A stretch of 64,000 nt of DNA from Perkinsus chesapeaki ATCC PRA-425. Its lineage: Eukaryota; Protista; Perkinsozoa. Shown here piece by piece: positions 38,861 through 52,102 of the stretch (positions are counted from its first letter, which is position 1; every line of letters begins with the position of its first letter). The notes below the pieces were generated by a model. That model was given only the letters and a program-made list of their open reading frames with translations, made no database searches and was not told the DNA's origin. The DNA is taken from positions 7,003 to 71,002 of the forward strand of contig JAAPAO010000118.1 of the NCBI GenBank assembly GCA_013115145.1. The letters are read 5' to 3'. The position numbers and the translations under genes are program-made.

Positions 38861-41800
38861 CTAGCTCCGGTCTTTCATACAGAGTCTTGATTTAAGATCT
38901 ACTTTGAGAAATTTATCACTTTTTCGGGTTCCGTTTCTGAGTGCCGATGAGCCGCGCTTTGAAGCATCCCAAGCCGGAGGGTTTTGGTGGGAGATACAAC
39001 ACGCTAGACTGCGCCAACGTCCCAAGCCGCACGCAACTTGCCAGTGTAAAGAGGACCAGAAGAACTGGGCCCAGCGCGGAAGAACGAGCTGCCGAAGCTT
39101 GTAGGCTGGGTAGTTCTCGTTCACGTTCCTTCTCTATTGCTTCCCTTTTCCTTTTCTTAGGCCACCCGCCTACTTGGAAGGACATGATAATGATGAAAAG
39201 AGCGGAGATTTCCATCTAAAATGTAGTTAGTGACTAGGAGTGACTGAGTCACTCCGGAGTCACTGTGACTCTATTGCGGTGTCACATTACTGCTCATTTC
39301 ACTTTCGTGCCTCGAATAACTCTACAGCATTTATTGGAGGTACTTGAAACTAATATCGGACGCATGTAACGTGTTAAAAGTAACCAAGAGGAGCATCATA
39401 CCATCAATGCAGAGAGTAAACGAAAATATGAATCAGATGATTGATCGGCCGTGAGAGTCAATCCAGACTGTCGACAAGTCCTGCTCCGAAAACTCCTCGT
39501 CGCACAGGTTGTCGCCTCGTTGCAAAGCGGGATCCCATATCTCCAATGTTGCTCATAGTCCTCGATCGTAGGTATCTTTTACTCTTTGATACTGAACCAC
39601 CACCGTTACTCATGAAAGTAGCAGCGCTGCGGCTTGTGGCGTCGGCTGCAGCATTTGACTGGGAAAAGTCGTTAGTCCTCATCAGGGCTCGTGGATCCTC
39701 GGCACTCAGCCAGCGGCTGCCCATACCGCCGTTACAATCTTGGATGAATCTGAGGCATCAAAAAGCCTCATGATTGGCGGGAGTACGAGGCTACCTGTCA
39801 GATGCACCCTCCGAACACTCTTCTCTTACTTCGTCGTCTTTGTGCAGCACGGAGTCGAGCCCATCTCTATACGCGCCGAGACGAATGCTCCAGGTTGACT
39901 CCTGGGCTCCACCGTCAGCAGCCTCAGCAGTTGCCGCTGTAGACCACACACGACTGAGAACAGGCTATGAGTTCGAGTATCAGGCAATGGGACAACCGAT
40001 ACTTCTCACAAACGGCTTACTCACCTGAGAGTCGGGCGTGGTGCATGACTCGCTGGGGATGCCTCGTTCATTCCAGCTTGGAACGGAGTAGAGAAGTCGA
40101 CCTGAGGTGGAGTCCGTATCACAATCGCTTTATCAGATTGCGAATATTAGTCAAATAAATAAGGATCTAGGGTGGCACCTGGTCTCTGGACGTATAAAAG
40201 GAAGAGGTAGATTTCCCAATGGTTGACTCGTAGTCGAACAATGCGATGGAGTCGAGGTTGCTGACCTGCAAAGGCTAATGTCATTTATAACAAATAACAC
40301 TTTTTACATCAACATTGTAGACCCCAGTGTTGCCAACTCGCTGAACTATGCTCATCCAGCAAAGGCTGATATCTGTCCCAGGTGGCAGCCACGTCACGTC
40401 AGTCAACGGCCAAGACTTTTTTGCACTGATCTCGTGTCCTGGGCGACAATTGCTGTGCGACTTTCCAAACTACTCATGGCATACCTGTTGTAGCGTCCGT
40501 GAACTCTAATGTGCAGACAAGTTCGAAACTGCTTGCTGCATCCTTAATGCCAGTCGAGATACACGACGAACGCGTTGACGATGCTGCGTATGAGCGATGG
40601 GAGGAGTGTCGCCTGGATCCAAGTATGTAGAAACATAGCTATCGATAGCGTACTGTGGCGTCACTGGATGGTCATGAGTAGACGTCGGTGTTATGGGACT
40701 CGGCCAGATGTTAGCAGCAGGCATAGCAGGCTGTGGTGGAGGATTAGGAGGAGGAGCCACCGTGCTGCTCACTTGACGCGTCATCTTGTAACTATCGCTT
40801 GAGGATTGCAAACGATAACAGCGAGATGCCTCACTGTTCGCTAAAGTGTCTAACCCAAAAATGTTGTCCTACTGTAGAGGTACTTGTGGGACAGTTAAGA
40901 GTCCCACCGATGACGCTTTGGTCCCCAGGGGTGCCTATAAGGCGAAGGATATAAACGTGAGTGTATGTCATGAGAAGATACCAGTATCAATGCCAACATC
41001 TTCGTCGTTGTCATCCTTCAGAACGTCTGCTTGGTGCAGCAGTGGCAGGCGTTCCACTGGGATGTAGGCACACACCTCCACGGGAAGGCTCATGAATTCC
41101 AGCGGTATTGACGTATCGAAATAATGCAGCTCCTGAGTAAATGTGATTGAATACAACAAACTACTGACGACGAGTGCTTCAATGTTGAGTGATGACATGT
41201 TTAGAAATACAAAAACTTGATATTGTAATTTGGCAACTGTGGCAATGTGACGGAGCTGCAGTTTGAAATCGATAGTAATGATAATCGATCGCAGAGGTCG
41301 CCCAAGGTGTTGGGCACGGACTAATAGATCCGATGTTTGCAAATTGCAATCGATTGCTCGTCTCATATCGCAGTGGGTCGGTTTAACTGACCTGTACTGT
41401 AGGACAACTCCAGTTGTCTTCCGATGCAGGATGATGCTCAATAAGGAAAAGTCGCATGGATACGTGGAAAAAGTGACGGTGAAAAACCTGCGGAGAACTG
41501 TCGTGCTTTAGACGTATGTATTGGTTACATTGACGAATCTAAAACACAGCCTCACGTGCTCCCTATCCGCGACAACGCTGTTGGTATGAAGCTGTGTCGG
41601 TCTATCAGGACCAACCCTGGATAAAAGGCCGAGGGTGTCTTTGACGAGAAAAGAACAACTTACCCACCAAGAACGCTGAAGGAGTCCTCGCAAGGAGGAA
41701 TGGCAAACAAGCGCGTCGAGAACGCACATGCTAGATCTCGGGAACCTGAAGCAAGATTGTATTGGGCAAATGTACTGAAGCGTACTGTCTAAAGTAAACT

Positions 41801-41870
41801 TGGCAAATACAATACCAGTCAGGGCCGTATGTTGCAAGAGACCCAATATAGAGATAATAGTTACCCCCAC
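38861..41870 (-). CDS. Hypothetical multi-exon protein (possibly more than one gene)
   Basis: Chain of GT-AG-bounded coding-like exons, e.g. DISLCWMSIVQRVGNTGVYNVD|VSNLDSIALFDY; hydrophobic N-terminus at 41870. Confidence 0.4.
39237..39271. mobile_element. Blunt-joined double-hairpin footprint (target AGTGACTC)
   Basis: GGAGTGACT-G-AGTCACTCC, one extra G, then GAGTCAC-T-GTGACTC. Confidence 0.65.
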
Positions 41871-42014
41871 ATTGGTGGCGAAACATAAAGGCTCTTTACC
41901 ACCGTAGCCTATAGTAAAAAGAGTTTGAACCTAGAAAGGAGACTGGCACGAGTTCGTGCTTTGTAGGGGATAAGGCTGAGGACATGGTATTGATAAATAA
42001 ATGTGACATATAAT

Positions 42015-43301
42015 TCAACTGAAGGGACCTACCACAAAAAAGTAATAGTCCGCTAGATTGTGGACGTCTTTGGTGCAGACAAAGTCGCCGTCGAACGATC
42101 GAAGACAGACCGCGTAAAGAAGTATGACGATTATGTATCTATTAGAGATACTAGATAGCACGGGTTCGAATCCTGGTTGGGGCAGGCGTACATAATAATG
42201 ACTAGGAAAAATATAGTATGCCATTTCAGTCGAATTATTGAGGGAAATGTATCGTAAAGCCAGTTCAAATAAACCTGAATGAACCCCCTCCCGTTTAAAG
42301 GAGACTACCAGGCGTCGTTTGTGTTACCTTTGTTATATACGGTATTAAACGATGGACATTGAGGTTGCCTCTTGTGGAGATTAAACTACGTCGGTCACCT
42401 TGTACGAAAAGCTTAAGATTTCTCCTCTCCATGCTGTGCTGAGATGTCCCTGTCCTGAATGGAGATGACACAATTACCGTGCTACACTGCTCAAGATATT
42501 CCGGAGCACAAAATGAAGAATCCGTCTGAGCAGGAAATCTATCGGAGAGCACTGGTTATAGAACCAATATGGATTAGAGGGCCACAGAGTGCACTAAGTT
42601 AAGCTCCATGCGACTGAGTCACAGATTCGGGAAAACGCAGAGTTGCTGCAGCAGCAATGCTGCTCACTCAGCAAGGTCTTCTACGGGGCATATGGGTATT
42701 GGTGTAGCCTTCAATGAAGATACTTCGGACGATAAATGAGCAGCGGGTAGGGGGAAAGTCTGTTGGTGCCGCAGCTGCGGTCGGCCAATTCGTTCTGTGC
42801 TGCATGTCTCTGCATGACTCGAGCACGGGTCAGCTTCTTGAACTGACCTTGACCGCTGAGAAGACGACGCAATAAACGTCCCTGAGTCACCATGTACGCA
42901 CTCACCGGTGGCGCCACGTTATGCCCGGTCGATCCTTGCTTGGAGGCCCTGGCTGGCATGAAGGGCGACGTAGTTGCATATGATGGTGGTCGCCAAGCTA
43001 TGGGAGAGCTCCCCGGAGTGCTATCCTTATTAGCTTGCTGTGCACTCGATGCCGTGCTGCTGGCCAGAGGGATGGAATCTGCAACAACCTTCGGCAAATG
43101 AGAATGCGTAGCCTTACCGCCTCCAGCATCACTCGAAGATATCGTTTCTACTCCACCGCACTCTAAATCCTCCTCATCTTCCTCTTTCAACAATGGCAAG
43201 ACTAATGGCGGCTGTTCTCGTGGTAAACGGTTAGATATTGGCGGTGACGGTCGACATGATAGTCGAGTATGTGGACCGCCGCCGATCAATGGTGATGTCA
43301 T
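42015..43301 (-). CDS. Hypothetical multi-exon protein with low-complexity N-terminus
   Basis: 196-aa first ORF plus downstream exon-like segments. Confidence 0.45.
42643..42664. mobile_element. Putative excision footprint (target TTGCTGCT)
   Basis: TTGCTGC+AGCAGCAA+TGCTGCT, exact, but low-complexity. Confidence 0.5.
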
Positions 43302-43743
43302 GCTAAGTAGACTACAGATTCAAGCAATTGCGTTTTACAGGAAGCTGGCATCAGTTGCTGGTCGATGATTTTCATCATCGTCAAAGGGAATCAGCTAGCT
43401 TTTCAAGTTCACTGTCACAAGGGGAATTATACCTGCACGCATGCACGAGCTCCTACAGCATCGAGCAAACCGCGTTCACGGAATATCACCAGTGGTACTT
43501 CATCACGGTAGTGCAATTGCCAGAACCATTCGAAGTATCAGATATCATATCTATTTCCGTGAAGCTCATGCTATGACTTCTAGAATACTCTACATGGTCT
43601 ATAATGCACTTGGTGGATGAGAGTACAATACGATAGCCGCCTCGCAGTACTAACGTTGATAATGTGTTCGTCTCGTTTATGAGAAGCAGATCGAATCGCG
43701 AGAGCAGTATAGACTCCGCCTGGTATCGCTTACGTAACACGGG

Positions 43744-43765
43744 GATTAGGCCCTAATCATTAGGG
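43744..43765. mobile_element. Putative hAT-type excision footprint (target GATTAGGG)
   Basis: GATTAGG+CCCTAATC+ATTAGGG, exact. Confidence 0.7.
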
Positions 43766-43873
43766 CGGTAGAGAGGGAACCCTAGGTGAGAGCGGACCAA
43801 AAGTCTCGCCCCGTCACCTCACGGCGACCCCGAGACTCAGCAACATTTTCATTCCATCAAACGCGCCTACGGG

Positions 43874-43895
43874 CTGGTGGGCCACCAGTGGTGGC
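43874..43895. mobile_element. Putative hAT-type excision footprint (target CTGGTGGC)
   Basis: CTGGTGG+GCCACCAG+TGGTGGC; removing 14 nt restores gap-free alignment to 37441-37490. Confidence 0.8.
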
Positions 43896-43921
43896 TGAGC
43901 TCGGCTCTCGTTTATTGAGTA

Positions 43922-43943
43922 CCTCTGCCGCAGAGGCTCTGCG
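43922..43943. mobile_element. Putative hAT-type excision footprint (target CCTCTGCG)
   Basis: CCTCTGC+CGCAGAGG+CTCTGCG; paralog at ~37491 reads ACCTCTGCGTTG. Confidence 0.82.
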
Positions 43944-43950
43944 TTGATTT

Positions 43951-45092
43951 ATGGGTATACGGATTTCGGACGTCCTCTATCTCCTTCAACAGCTATCCCC
44001 TCTTTTCTGGGCTGCCGATTTGTATAGAATTCCTATTTCCCGTGAGGACGTGTTTACGGGTGATACATGGGGGCAGCTCGTAGCCCCGATTAAGGTCGGT
44101 AACTACGACACCTACGCCCTTATCGATACTGGAACGCCACTCCTTTTCTTCATCTGGAGGCATTGGTTCGAAGGTGTTCAGCCCGGCGGTTGCAAGTTGT
44201 ACGTTTTTGGCTGCTATGAATGTTCCCCTGATGTTTGCACCAAAGGCGATGAAACTACCTTCAAGTATGATAATGACTATACGGTAACTCTATTCAGGCA
44301 CCACGACACCCTTAGCCTCGGAGCTTCAACTGTGGCTGGGATTGAGTTCGGGTAGACAACTGGCAGTTATCAACTGGCACCAACGCGCGACCCTGGGCCA
44401 CTCTAGGAGTAGGTCTATAGACTCGGCTTATACATCCATATCGTAAGTTGATGAAGCAGCTAAACTTAACTAATTACAGTTCTTCTATTTACCTTGAGGA
44501 TGACGAGACAACCTCAACCGTTTTAGATTGGAGGAGCCAACTAAATATCGCGCCCCTTTGAGGTACATTCGGGTTTCTCAAGATGGTTGTCGAATTATAA
44601 ATGGTCGGTTGAGCTGGGTAACTTGATCATCGGCCAGACGAAGGGCATTGATACCATTCCCAAAGTGTCGATGTGGATAAACGCACCAACAATCTAATCA
44701 TGCCCCACTCCTTCAAAGAAAATGTGCTGAATCGCTTGGGGAACTCAGGACAAAGGCCGCCGGTTACTATCTCCGACGACGCTGAGGGATATCTTGTGGA
44801 GTGCATAGCCGATACAGCTAACCAGCCTTCTATAACGAACTTCTTCCTTGGACCACACGGCCAGGAATTTCCCCTCAATATCCCTTCAAGTAGCTTACTT
44901 CGTAAATCCAACGGACCGTTGGCAACGGTATCAGCCGTTTTTGCTCTTATACTACGGCGATGCTGACTGGGTGCTTGGACAGTCCACCCAGTCAGCGCAC
45001 TTATCCAGTCCAATGGGCTGAATGCCATTCTTGGCCATTATTTTTGCTTATATTGGAACGAGATACTCGTGGGGTTCTCTGATGCGGTATAG
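43951..45092 (+). pseudogene. Aspartic protease pseudogene, duplicate of 37507-38595
   Basis: Near-identical 5' ~380 bp, stop at 44353-44355, frameshifts, second DTG changed to DKR. Confidence 0.9.
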
Positions 45093-45273
45093 CAAATATG
45101 GGAACACTGCCTCCATGGGGAGCAATAGATCATTGGCCGAGCTACTTTAGGTGACCAAATGTTATTTAGGTCACATTCCTTTACATACTCATCGGGACTG
45201 CTACCTTAGCACTTTGGCAGAGTAGCAGACTGCAAGCACCACCCGTGACCCCCTCGCTTCACCCAGACCTGCG

Positions 45274-46156
45274 TTAATTCCTCATCACAGCTTGGTATTC
45301 CCTACTATAAGACGGTCTCACGCTTGATTCTTCATCATCATCCAGGTCCCCAGCTCAACATGTCTATATCAACTGACACCAATTTGGTGTCATCGACCTC
45401 GCAAACTGTCAGGGCTGACCATACTTCTGAGGCGACGAACGCTCATTTACGCCTGCCTTGTAATTCACTGTGTGAATTCGCGTTAGGGTTGAAATTCGAC
45501 CGATTCCTTCAGTGCGTGCGAGTGCGATGTTCTACCATTGTATCCGACCCCGTATCATCTCGTATGGATGATGCATAGATTTTTGTGGTTAACTAAAATC
45601 GGTAGTGCCCATATTTCGATATGGAGACATCCTCTGTTCCGCTGCGCCACCCATCAAGATCGCTATAGATCAAATGCAGGCTGCAGATCCCGACGTCATA
45701 GAACATGTGATGAGGCAAACGGTTTGGCCCAAACGGGAGGACCTCGGTGGGATGCCCAAAATTCTAATCAAATATTGGACTGGCGCCTACGTACCTGTCT
45801 GACCGATTGCCCAGCCACTCAACTCGCCAGTAGCCCTGGAGATAGGATTCAGAAATTCAACAGAAAGTATAGCAGAAACGGGGACATGCTAAAAGGCGAA
45901 ACGTTTACCGGACACTCCAAAGGGTCGACTTTCGTTCTTCAGCTTCCTCTCCAGCCTCAGCGCTCTGAACTCTTCCTCGATAGCTCGATATGCGCACCGA
46001 GCCTATTAAATAGCTATCAAGAGTGAAGCAGGATCAATACTGTACCTTGGCAGGGGCGTTCTTGCTGACTTTCATATTAAAGACCTTCTGTCGAGCCTTC
46101 GTGGGCCTTTTAGTGGCGAACGTCCGACATGCTTGGGTTAACAAAGTGAATGGCAT
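45274..46156 (-). CDS. Hypothetical protein, possibly mitochondrion-targeted
   Basis: MPFTLLTQACRTFATKRPTKARQKVFNMKVSKNAPAK|ARCAYRAIEEEFRALRLERKLK, with GT-AG junctions; 3' exons uncertain. Confidence 0.45.
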
Positions 46157-46699
46157 ACCAGGACACGCTTGATCATAGGAACTGATATCTTTGGTGAGTG
46201 AGTTCAAGCTACTTTTGGGTTAGTGGGAGTAGCACTGAGCACCCAACACTGTATGGAATGGAAGAAACCATATAAAGTTGGGTAACTATTAGGCGACAGA
46301 GCTTGACACTGGAGCACCCGCCGGTAACAGGGCTCCTATACTTCAGCTTGGACGCCAATTCGACGCATTCTACGAATGCATTAAGGGACGCTACCGATCG
46401 CAAGAGGATTTGATTGCCAAAATGTGCTAGTATACCTGAGCACTAGCTGGAACCACCATAGGTAGTAGAAGGGAGTTTGACGGGCATCCTATCAAGGCAA
46501 ATCCTCAACAGCCGCTTCACTCATCTTGCTCTGCTGCGCCAGACACAAGTCACGCGCCACGAAATCATTATTGTCGCGCACGCCCAGGAAGACGTTTCCA
46601 CAATACCCCCGACTGAACCTATTTTTTTGTACGCGTTGACAAAATCTCACATCGATTGTTGGTCTGAGATCTTCTAGATTCTCTCCCTTGTTCCTATCA

Positions 46700-47200
46700 T
46701 GCCCGTATCATCCCATCACTACGGTAAAAGGCCTATTAATGTCGCTGAGTCCAGAGTGATGAAGGTCCCACGGCCACTTCAATCCACGTCAGTGTCAGCA
46801 GCGGCTGCAGCTGCTCTAGCGGCCGCCAAAGGTAACCCTACGCTTCGATACAAGGCTATGTGTTATTAGGGCTTGTCAATGCCAGCTCTGAGTGTCGTCG
46901 AGATGTCCATGGTAACCCTATCGGACTTGGTGCTTTAGCACAGGAGCAGATCACTGCCGAAATGACCGAGCTCGGCGGTAAGATTCATACTAAGCAGTCT
47001 CCTCAGGTTTATTTCAGGACTAGGTGAGACCTCCACAGCCCCGCAACTCTTCACAGCCGAAGTCACTTGCCATAAAGACCTTGCCGGCCGTGTGGGCGCT
47101 AAGACGCTCTCGACAGATTGGTAGATCTTTTGCCTTTAGGTCATTGGAAGCCGTGGCACTAGGATCAGGGAGATACAGGAGCTAACATCTTGCAGGATTC
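46700..47200 (+). CDS. Short hypothetical multi-exon gene
   Basis: MPVSSHHYGKRPINVAESRVMKVPRP... followed by GT donors; model uncertain. Confidence 0.3.
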
Positions 47201-47259
47201 ATAATGTTACGAGAACCTCTCAGCCTTCCTTCACCATTTTCATCATTAAAGGAAGTGGC

Positions 47260-48118
47260 GATGGTCGGCTCTGTCTGCCCGAGGAAGGCACTTGCCAGGT
47301 TCCGAGTCCGCTGTTGAACGATGCGTCGCACTTGTTGAGAGAGTAGTCGCTGAAGGCAGGCAAACGGAGGCAGAGGCGTCCAAAACTGCTGCGATGAGCA
47401 AGGATATGGTGAGCGTGTTGCTCCCGGTGTGTTTGGAAGTCATGTCTTAGGTCGTGGTTATTCCTGGTTCGGTGAAACCGTCATTGATCGGACCAAGCCG
47501 ATCTGTACTGCGAGCGATCCAACAGGACTCTAGCACCAACATAGTGATAGGTAACCGAAATAGTGCTCGCCGTGCTAGGCTATTCTTACTTAGAGAAGAC
47601 TCCCATTGCGGGTGGTGTTTTCGAAGGTCACGATCTTGGTAGGAAGTACTGTGGTTACTTGGTCACAGTCCGCGGGGCTGATGACGTGAGCCTTGGTCTG
47701 GCCTTCGAGTACATCGCTCAAGTAGTTGCCGGAAGATACCCGATTGACTTGGCGATTTACCGTTGGAAACAGTAAGGGTGTCTGAGGTGTCTGTTGGAGG
47801 GTATGGGATCTCATCAGCGCGATTGGAAGTGAGATTTACCAGAACCTCTCTGTGGAGGAATCCTTGGCTTATCGAACAATGCCTATCGAATGGCTTGATT
47901 ATTGCCTGAGATGCACGGATGCAGTTATGGCCGAATCTGACCTGTTTAAGCGAAGCGAGCTGATCAAGTACATTTGTCATATAAGAGAGAGCTACTTTAT
48001 ATCGACGGAAGTGCTCCAATGGGCGCGTCTGAATCACCGAGTGCTTTCCCGATTGGCTGAAGTAATGACTGAGGCAGCGAGGAAGGCTTACTGTAAGGTG
48101 AAGGCTGAGGATGCTTAG
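47260..48118 (+). CDS. Hypothetical multi-exon protein
   Basis: Coding-like exons at 47563-47772 and 47852-48118. Confidence 0.4.
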
Positions 48119-48279
48119 TGGGCCTCAAGTTGTTGTTGTTGTCGGTTACTAGTTCACTGCTGTTCTTAGTGGACATGTTTACTCATTCATGCTATTCATG
48201 TTGAAGCTTTGTTTCACCGCCGATCAGTTTGGGTTTTCAATTCCGAGGTGGATGGCAGCTTTGCTGTGGTTTGCTTGAA

Positions 48280-49575
48280 ATGGTCGATGCTGCCGCTGAT
48301 AGCAGCGCCAAGAAGCCTACGGATGCAGAGAGGCTGGCTGCGGTTAAGTCGGTGATACCGCCACTGGCTCCTGCGCCGGTCCATCTCAAGGCACTCTACG
48401 GAAGACCAAGTGTCTTTGCAACGTAATAGTGGAGGGGGGACTGGATTCGTTCAGGGGAGGTTGGTGCCTATGTTGCCTCAGGTACGTTGATGCCGGCCAA
48501 GGTATCGAGGAGCCTGGGGCGTCGGTGCCGGGACCGGGAGCGTACGACGTTCCGCTTGACTCGGTTGGCTGCCCACAGATCCGGTCTCATTGGCGCAACG
48601 AGGGCGGTGTACCGATCCTGGCGAAGAACGAGAAGTCGTGGTCTCGAGTGTACATTACTAGATCTCATGCGAAGGCTGTAAAGGGTCTGGATGCGCCGGG
48701 TGTTGGGACATACGATTCGGATGGCAGCACACTGAGGAAGGACAAGGGTGTCACCTTCGCAATATCACGGAGACCGGACCTGTCTACCCAACTGGGAGTG
48801 GGGGACCGGGAGAGCCCAGGGCCTGGTTATGTTGACATTCGCGACAAATACGTGGACGGGAATGTTGCATTGAAGCCTTCCTCATCGGTGGCGTTCTCGT
48901 TCAGCAATCGGTTTAGTAAAGGCGCCCCCAATGGGCTGATGGTGGGCCCTGGACAGGTAAGGTGGATAAGCACGGGCTGGGGCGAGGTCTGGCTCTTCAG
49001 TACGGTGATGTCGGTGAGACGGCAATCAATCCGAAAAGGTTGTGCAAGTCGTTCTCGGTTGGACATAGGGCATATGATAAGTAGCTTAGCTGTTGGTGAT
49101 GGTGGCTAGTATAATGGCTCAGGGTGAAGCGTCCAGGATGTGAAGAGGAGAATAAAGGTCGAGCTAGTCGAGGCCCTGGACCACCACTGTGGAGGGATAT
49201 CAGTAACGCAGTATAGACGGAGTTATTCCTGAGAATGTTGTATCCTCTTCAGTCAAGGAAGGCTCCAAGGCTCATTCGTTCGGTCGGGCAGATCGGTTCG
49301 CTGTGGCAGTGGGGTCGAAAAGTGCCCCTAGTCTCAGAGAGTCGGCACGTTTGCCGGGGCCCGGCCAGTACAGGCCGGAGGATGTCCGGACGTGTATTGC
49401 AATGAAAAGTCGCAAAGTAGGGGAGAGAGCGGTATGACTTGTTGTCATTAGTTATGCACCTCAGCCCTTTGGTGATTATCCCGTGGAGCGCGGGTCAAAG
49501 GAAGTGGGTGGCCGGTCATTACCCGGGCCGGGATGGCTGAAGGAGAGCCGCCTTGCAGATGTAGTTAACAGTTAA
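48280..49575 (+). CDS. Sperm-tail PG-rich (SHIPPO/ODF3-like) repeat protein
   Basis: VPGPGAY, APGVGTY, SPGPGY, VGPGQ, LPGPGQY and LPGPG repeats. Confidence 0.8.
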
Positions 49576-49985
49576 AACCGCTCATTAGTTAAGGGAACCG
49601 CTGCAGGTCCGGAATCCCTCAACTACAAAGTTTGGGAAGCCCCCGATTAAGGGCCGGTTGAACTTTCGAGCCCTTCTCATATGTAAAGACCGTGTCTGGG
49701 GTGTTGGCTGAGTGGTAGTCTCAAGCACTGCTGTATCATAGCATGTTATGTATGTTATATCGTTGTTGTTCATGAGCGTATTCTGTATGCATTTTACCAA
49801 AGATTGCTGGAAGTAGTTGAGTTTATAGGGAGCGAGTTGCATTGTGATAAGATAAGACCCGTCGAATGGGATACAAGTTGATCTCGGATGTGTTGCAATT
49901 GGTCTGGGATATACACGGCCTTACAGGGATCACCGTGTTGACTTGCTGTATCACAAAGTATCTGCTAGTTAAAAAGGGTATTAAA

Positions 49986-50057
49986 AGGTCCTATCGGGAT
50001 TTGAACCCGAGTCGCTGGATTCAAAGTCCAGAGTGCTAACCACTACACTATAGGACC
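49986..50057 (-). tRNA. trnQ: tRNA-Gln(TTG)
   Basis: GGTCCTATAGTGTAGTGGTTAGCACTCTGGACTTTGAATCCAGCGACTCGGGTTCAAATCCCGATAGGACCT forms a canonical cloverleaf. Confidence 0.96.
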
Positions 50058-50195
50058 AACCTACTTGTTGGTGTCTCAGCCGAATACACCCGTTGGCGCG
50101 AAGGCCACGCTATTGCAAACGGCAACCCTGGAAAACCGCCAACTCTTCTAGTGGAGCAACCCTATCAGTTGCAAGTGTCATTGTTTATATGAACT

Positions 50196-52102
50196 ATGGT
50201 TGATAAAACGATTGCATCTCAACCGACATCAGAGAAGGAAGAGCAATTCCGCGAGGCTATTCGGCAGTACTTCACATCCACGACACGGTGTACGGACGAG
50301 CAGCAGCAGAAAGTGAGCAGCAGGCTGGTAGAGCATCCACGTGTGGCATTCTGCCGTGTTTTAGGCCGATGGGAATATAGAGGAGAAGGTCGATGCAGCT
50401 GTACGAGAATTGAAGAAAACTTTGAGAGCTTCGCTTCTAGGTAGGGCGAGGATGGGGGAACTGCTCAATCAGTATCGAGAGGCATTTTAAGAACAAGATT
50501 CGGGGGCTAGGGTCCATAGTTAGGACCGGAACTATGCCATATATCGTGATGAGCCGAATCCGCATACCATAGCGGTCCGCTAGAATATGCGGACTTGTCC
50601 GCTAGGAGCGGAGGCTGCCGGTCAGACACCACTCCCGATCGACTTGGTGCGGGATTTAGTACACGCAATTAGTTCTCATTGCTGCTCTACTCTGAAGGGT
50701 TTAGCTCTCCCAAATGCACATTCCGGTAGTCTCATTGATTCCGTCGTCATTTTCAGATGACAAAGACATGACGCGAGATGACATCTCCGAAATTATCCAG
50801 TCCATCCAAGCTGAGGACGAGGACCTCGACGCTACACTGAAATCAGATCACGGCGCAATTCTGCCTTTGATAGACGAATGGGTGTCCAGCTCGATACCTA
50901 GTACCCAAAGGAAGGGTATGCTGCTGTGTATTCGAGCCCTGCTCACACCGATGTCGTCGAATCCAGAGCTCCTGCAGTCCTTATACGACTCTGGCTTAGC
51001 AGAGCGAATCATCCTTACTGGGCTAGACTGCCGGGAATACTCTTGGTTGGCTGGTTTCCTATTAATGACGGAAAAAGAATCACCAATGAGTAGGGACGCC
51101 AAGCTGGAGGGCCTCTCGCAGAAGGATATGAATGCTCTCCGAGATGCCATGCGGAAGATCGAGGGAGGGCCGCGATTCATCCAATTTGGTGACGAGGATC
51201 GCGTGCGAGTGCTACGACGGGCTGTGGGAACTAAGGAGGGCGTGAAGGCCCTGGCGAAGGGAAAGTGCTCGGTCGGCTTGGCTCTGCTTTGTATAGATCA
51301 GAAGAATAGACCTGTTGTGGCTCAAGGAGGGCTCGGTGTCCTTCTTAAAGGGTTAGACGCTCCCAGTAGCGCAACGTTTGCTGATACAGCAGTGCTGTGT
51401 CGGCAAGCAGCTTGCCAGATTGCGGCATCGGTCGATCCACGGACGCTGACCTACGTCCAGAGCACGACGATTGCTATAGCGTGTCTAAAGCAAATACCGG
51501 CAGCCACGAACGAACTTGAAGAGTATGAGGCGGCGCGTGCCCTCGTCGGCATCACTTCTGTTGGGGCGGAGCTCCGGGACTTCATAGCGAATAAGGGGGC
51601 ATGGGACATAGTGAAGGAGTTGGTGTTCAGTCCGAATGAGCGAGTTCAAGGGATGGCGCTGGATGTTTTGTGCAACCTTGTCTCCGCCGATAAGATACGG
51701 TCTAGGTTTCTCGACTCGAGCGGTGCTGCACAAGAGGATTTCAGGATACTTACCGCGTTCGCTTCAAGTGATTCGGTGGAAATCCGGACGGCTGCTACGG
51801 GAGCCCTTGCTAAACTGCTGGTTAGTGATGACGAGGACCGAGGCTTCCCGATCGCACACATGGCCTCCGCCAACAAGAATACCATCCCTTTACTGGCCAA
51901 GATACTTCTCAACGAGAAGGAAAATATGGGCGTTCGATACAGAGCTGCTTCGGCGGCAGAAGCCATTATAGTGTCCGAGGTTCAGGGGAGTCAGATACTG
52001 ATTGACGCATTCAGAAAATGCAACATTGGAGGCGAGGATCCCGAAAGCAAGGCCATGCAAGAGCTTGTAGAAGAGACTTTAAAAATGTGTGAAGATGTTT
52101 GA
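50196..52102 (+). CDS. UNC-45/UCS-family myosin chaperone-like armadillo protein
   Basis: Long terminal exon with EYEAARALVGITSVGAELRDFIANKGAWDIVKELVFSPNERVQGMALDVLCNLV, matching the UCS signature region; 5' exons approximate. Confidence 0.7.

Noticed and set aside
41900-41915. ACCGTAGCC, matching the start of the Perkinsus spliced leader
   Set aside because: Only 9 nt match, the rest diverges, and it is not placed 5' of a plus-strand CDS.
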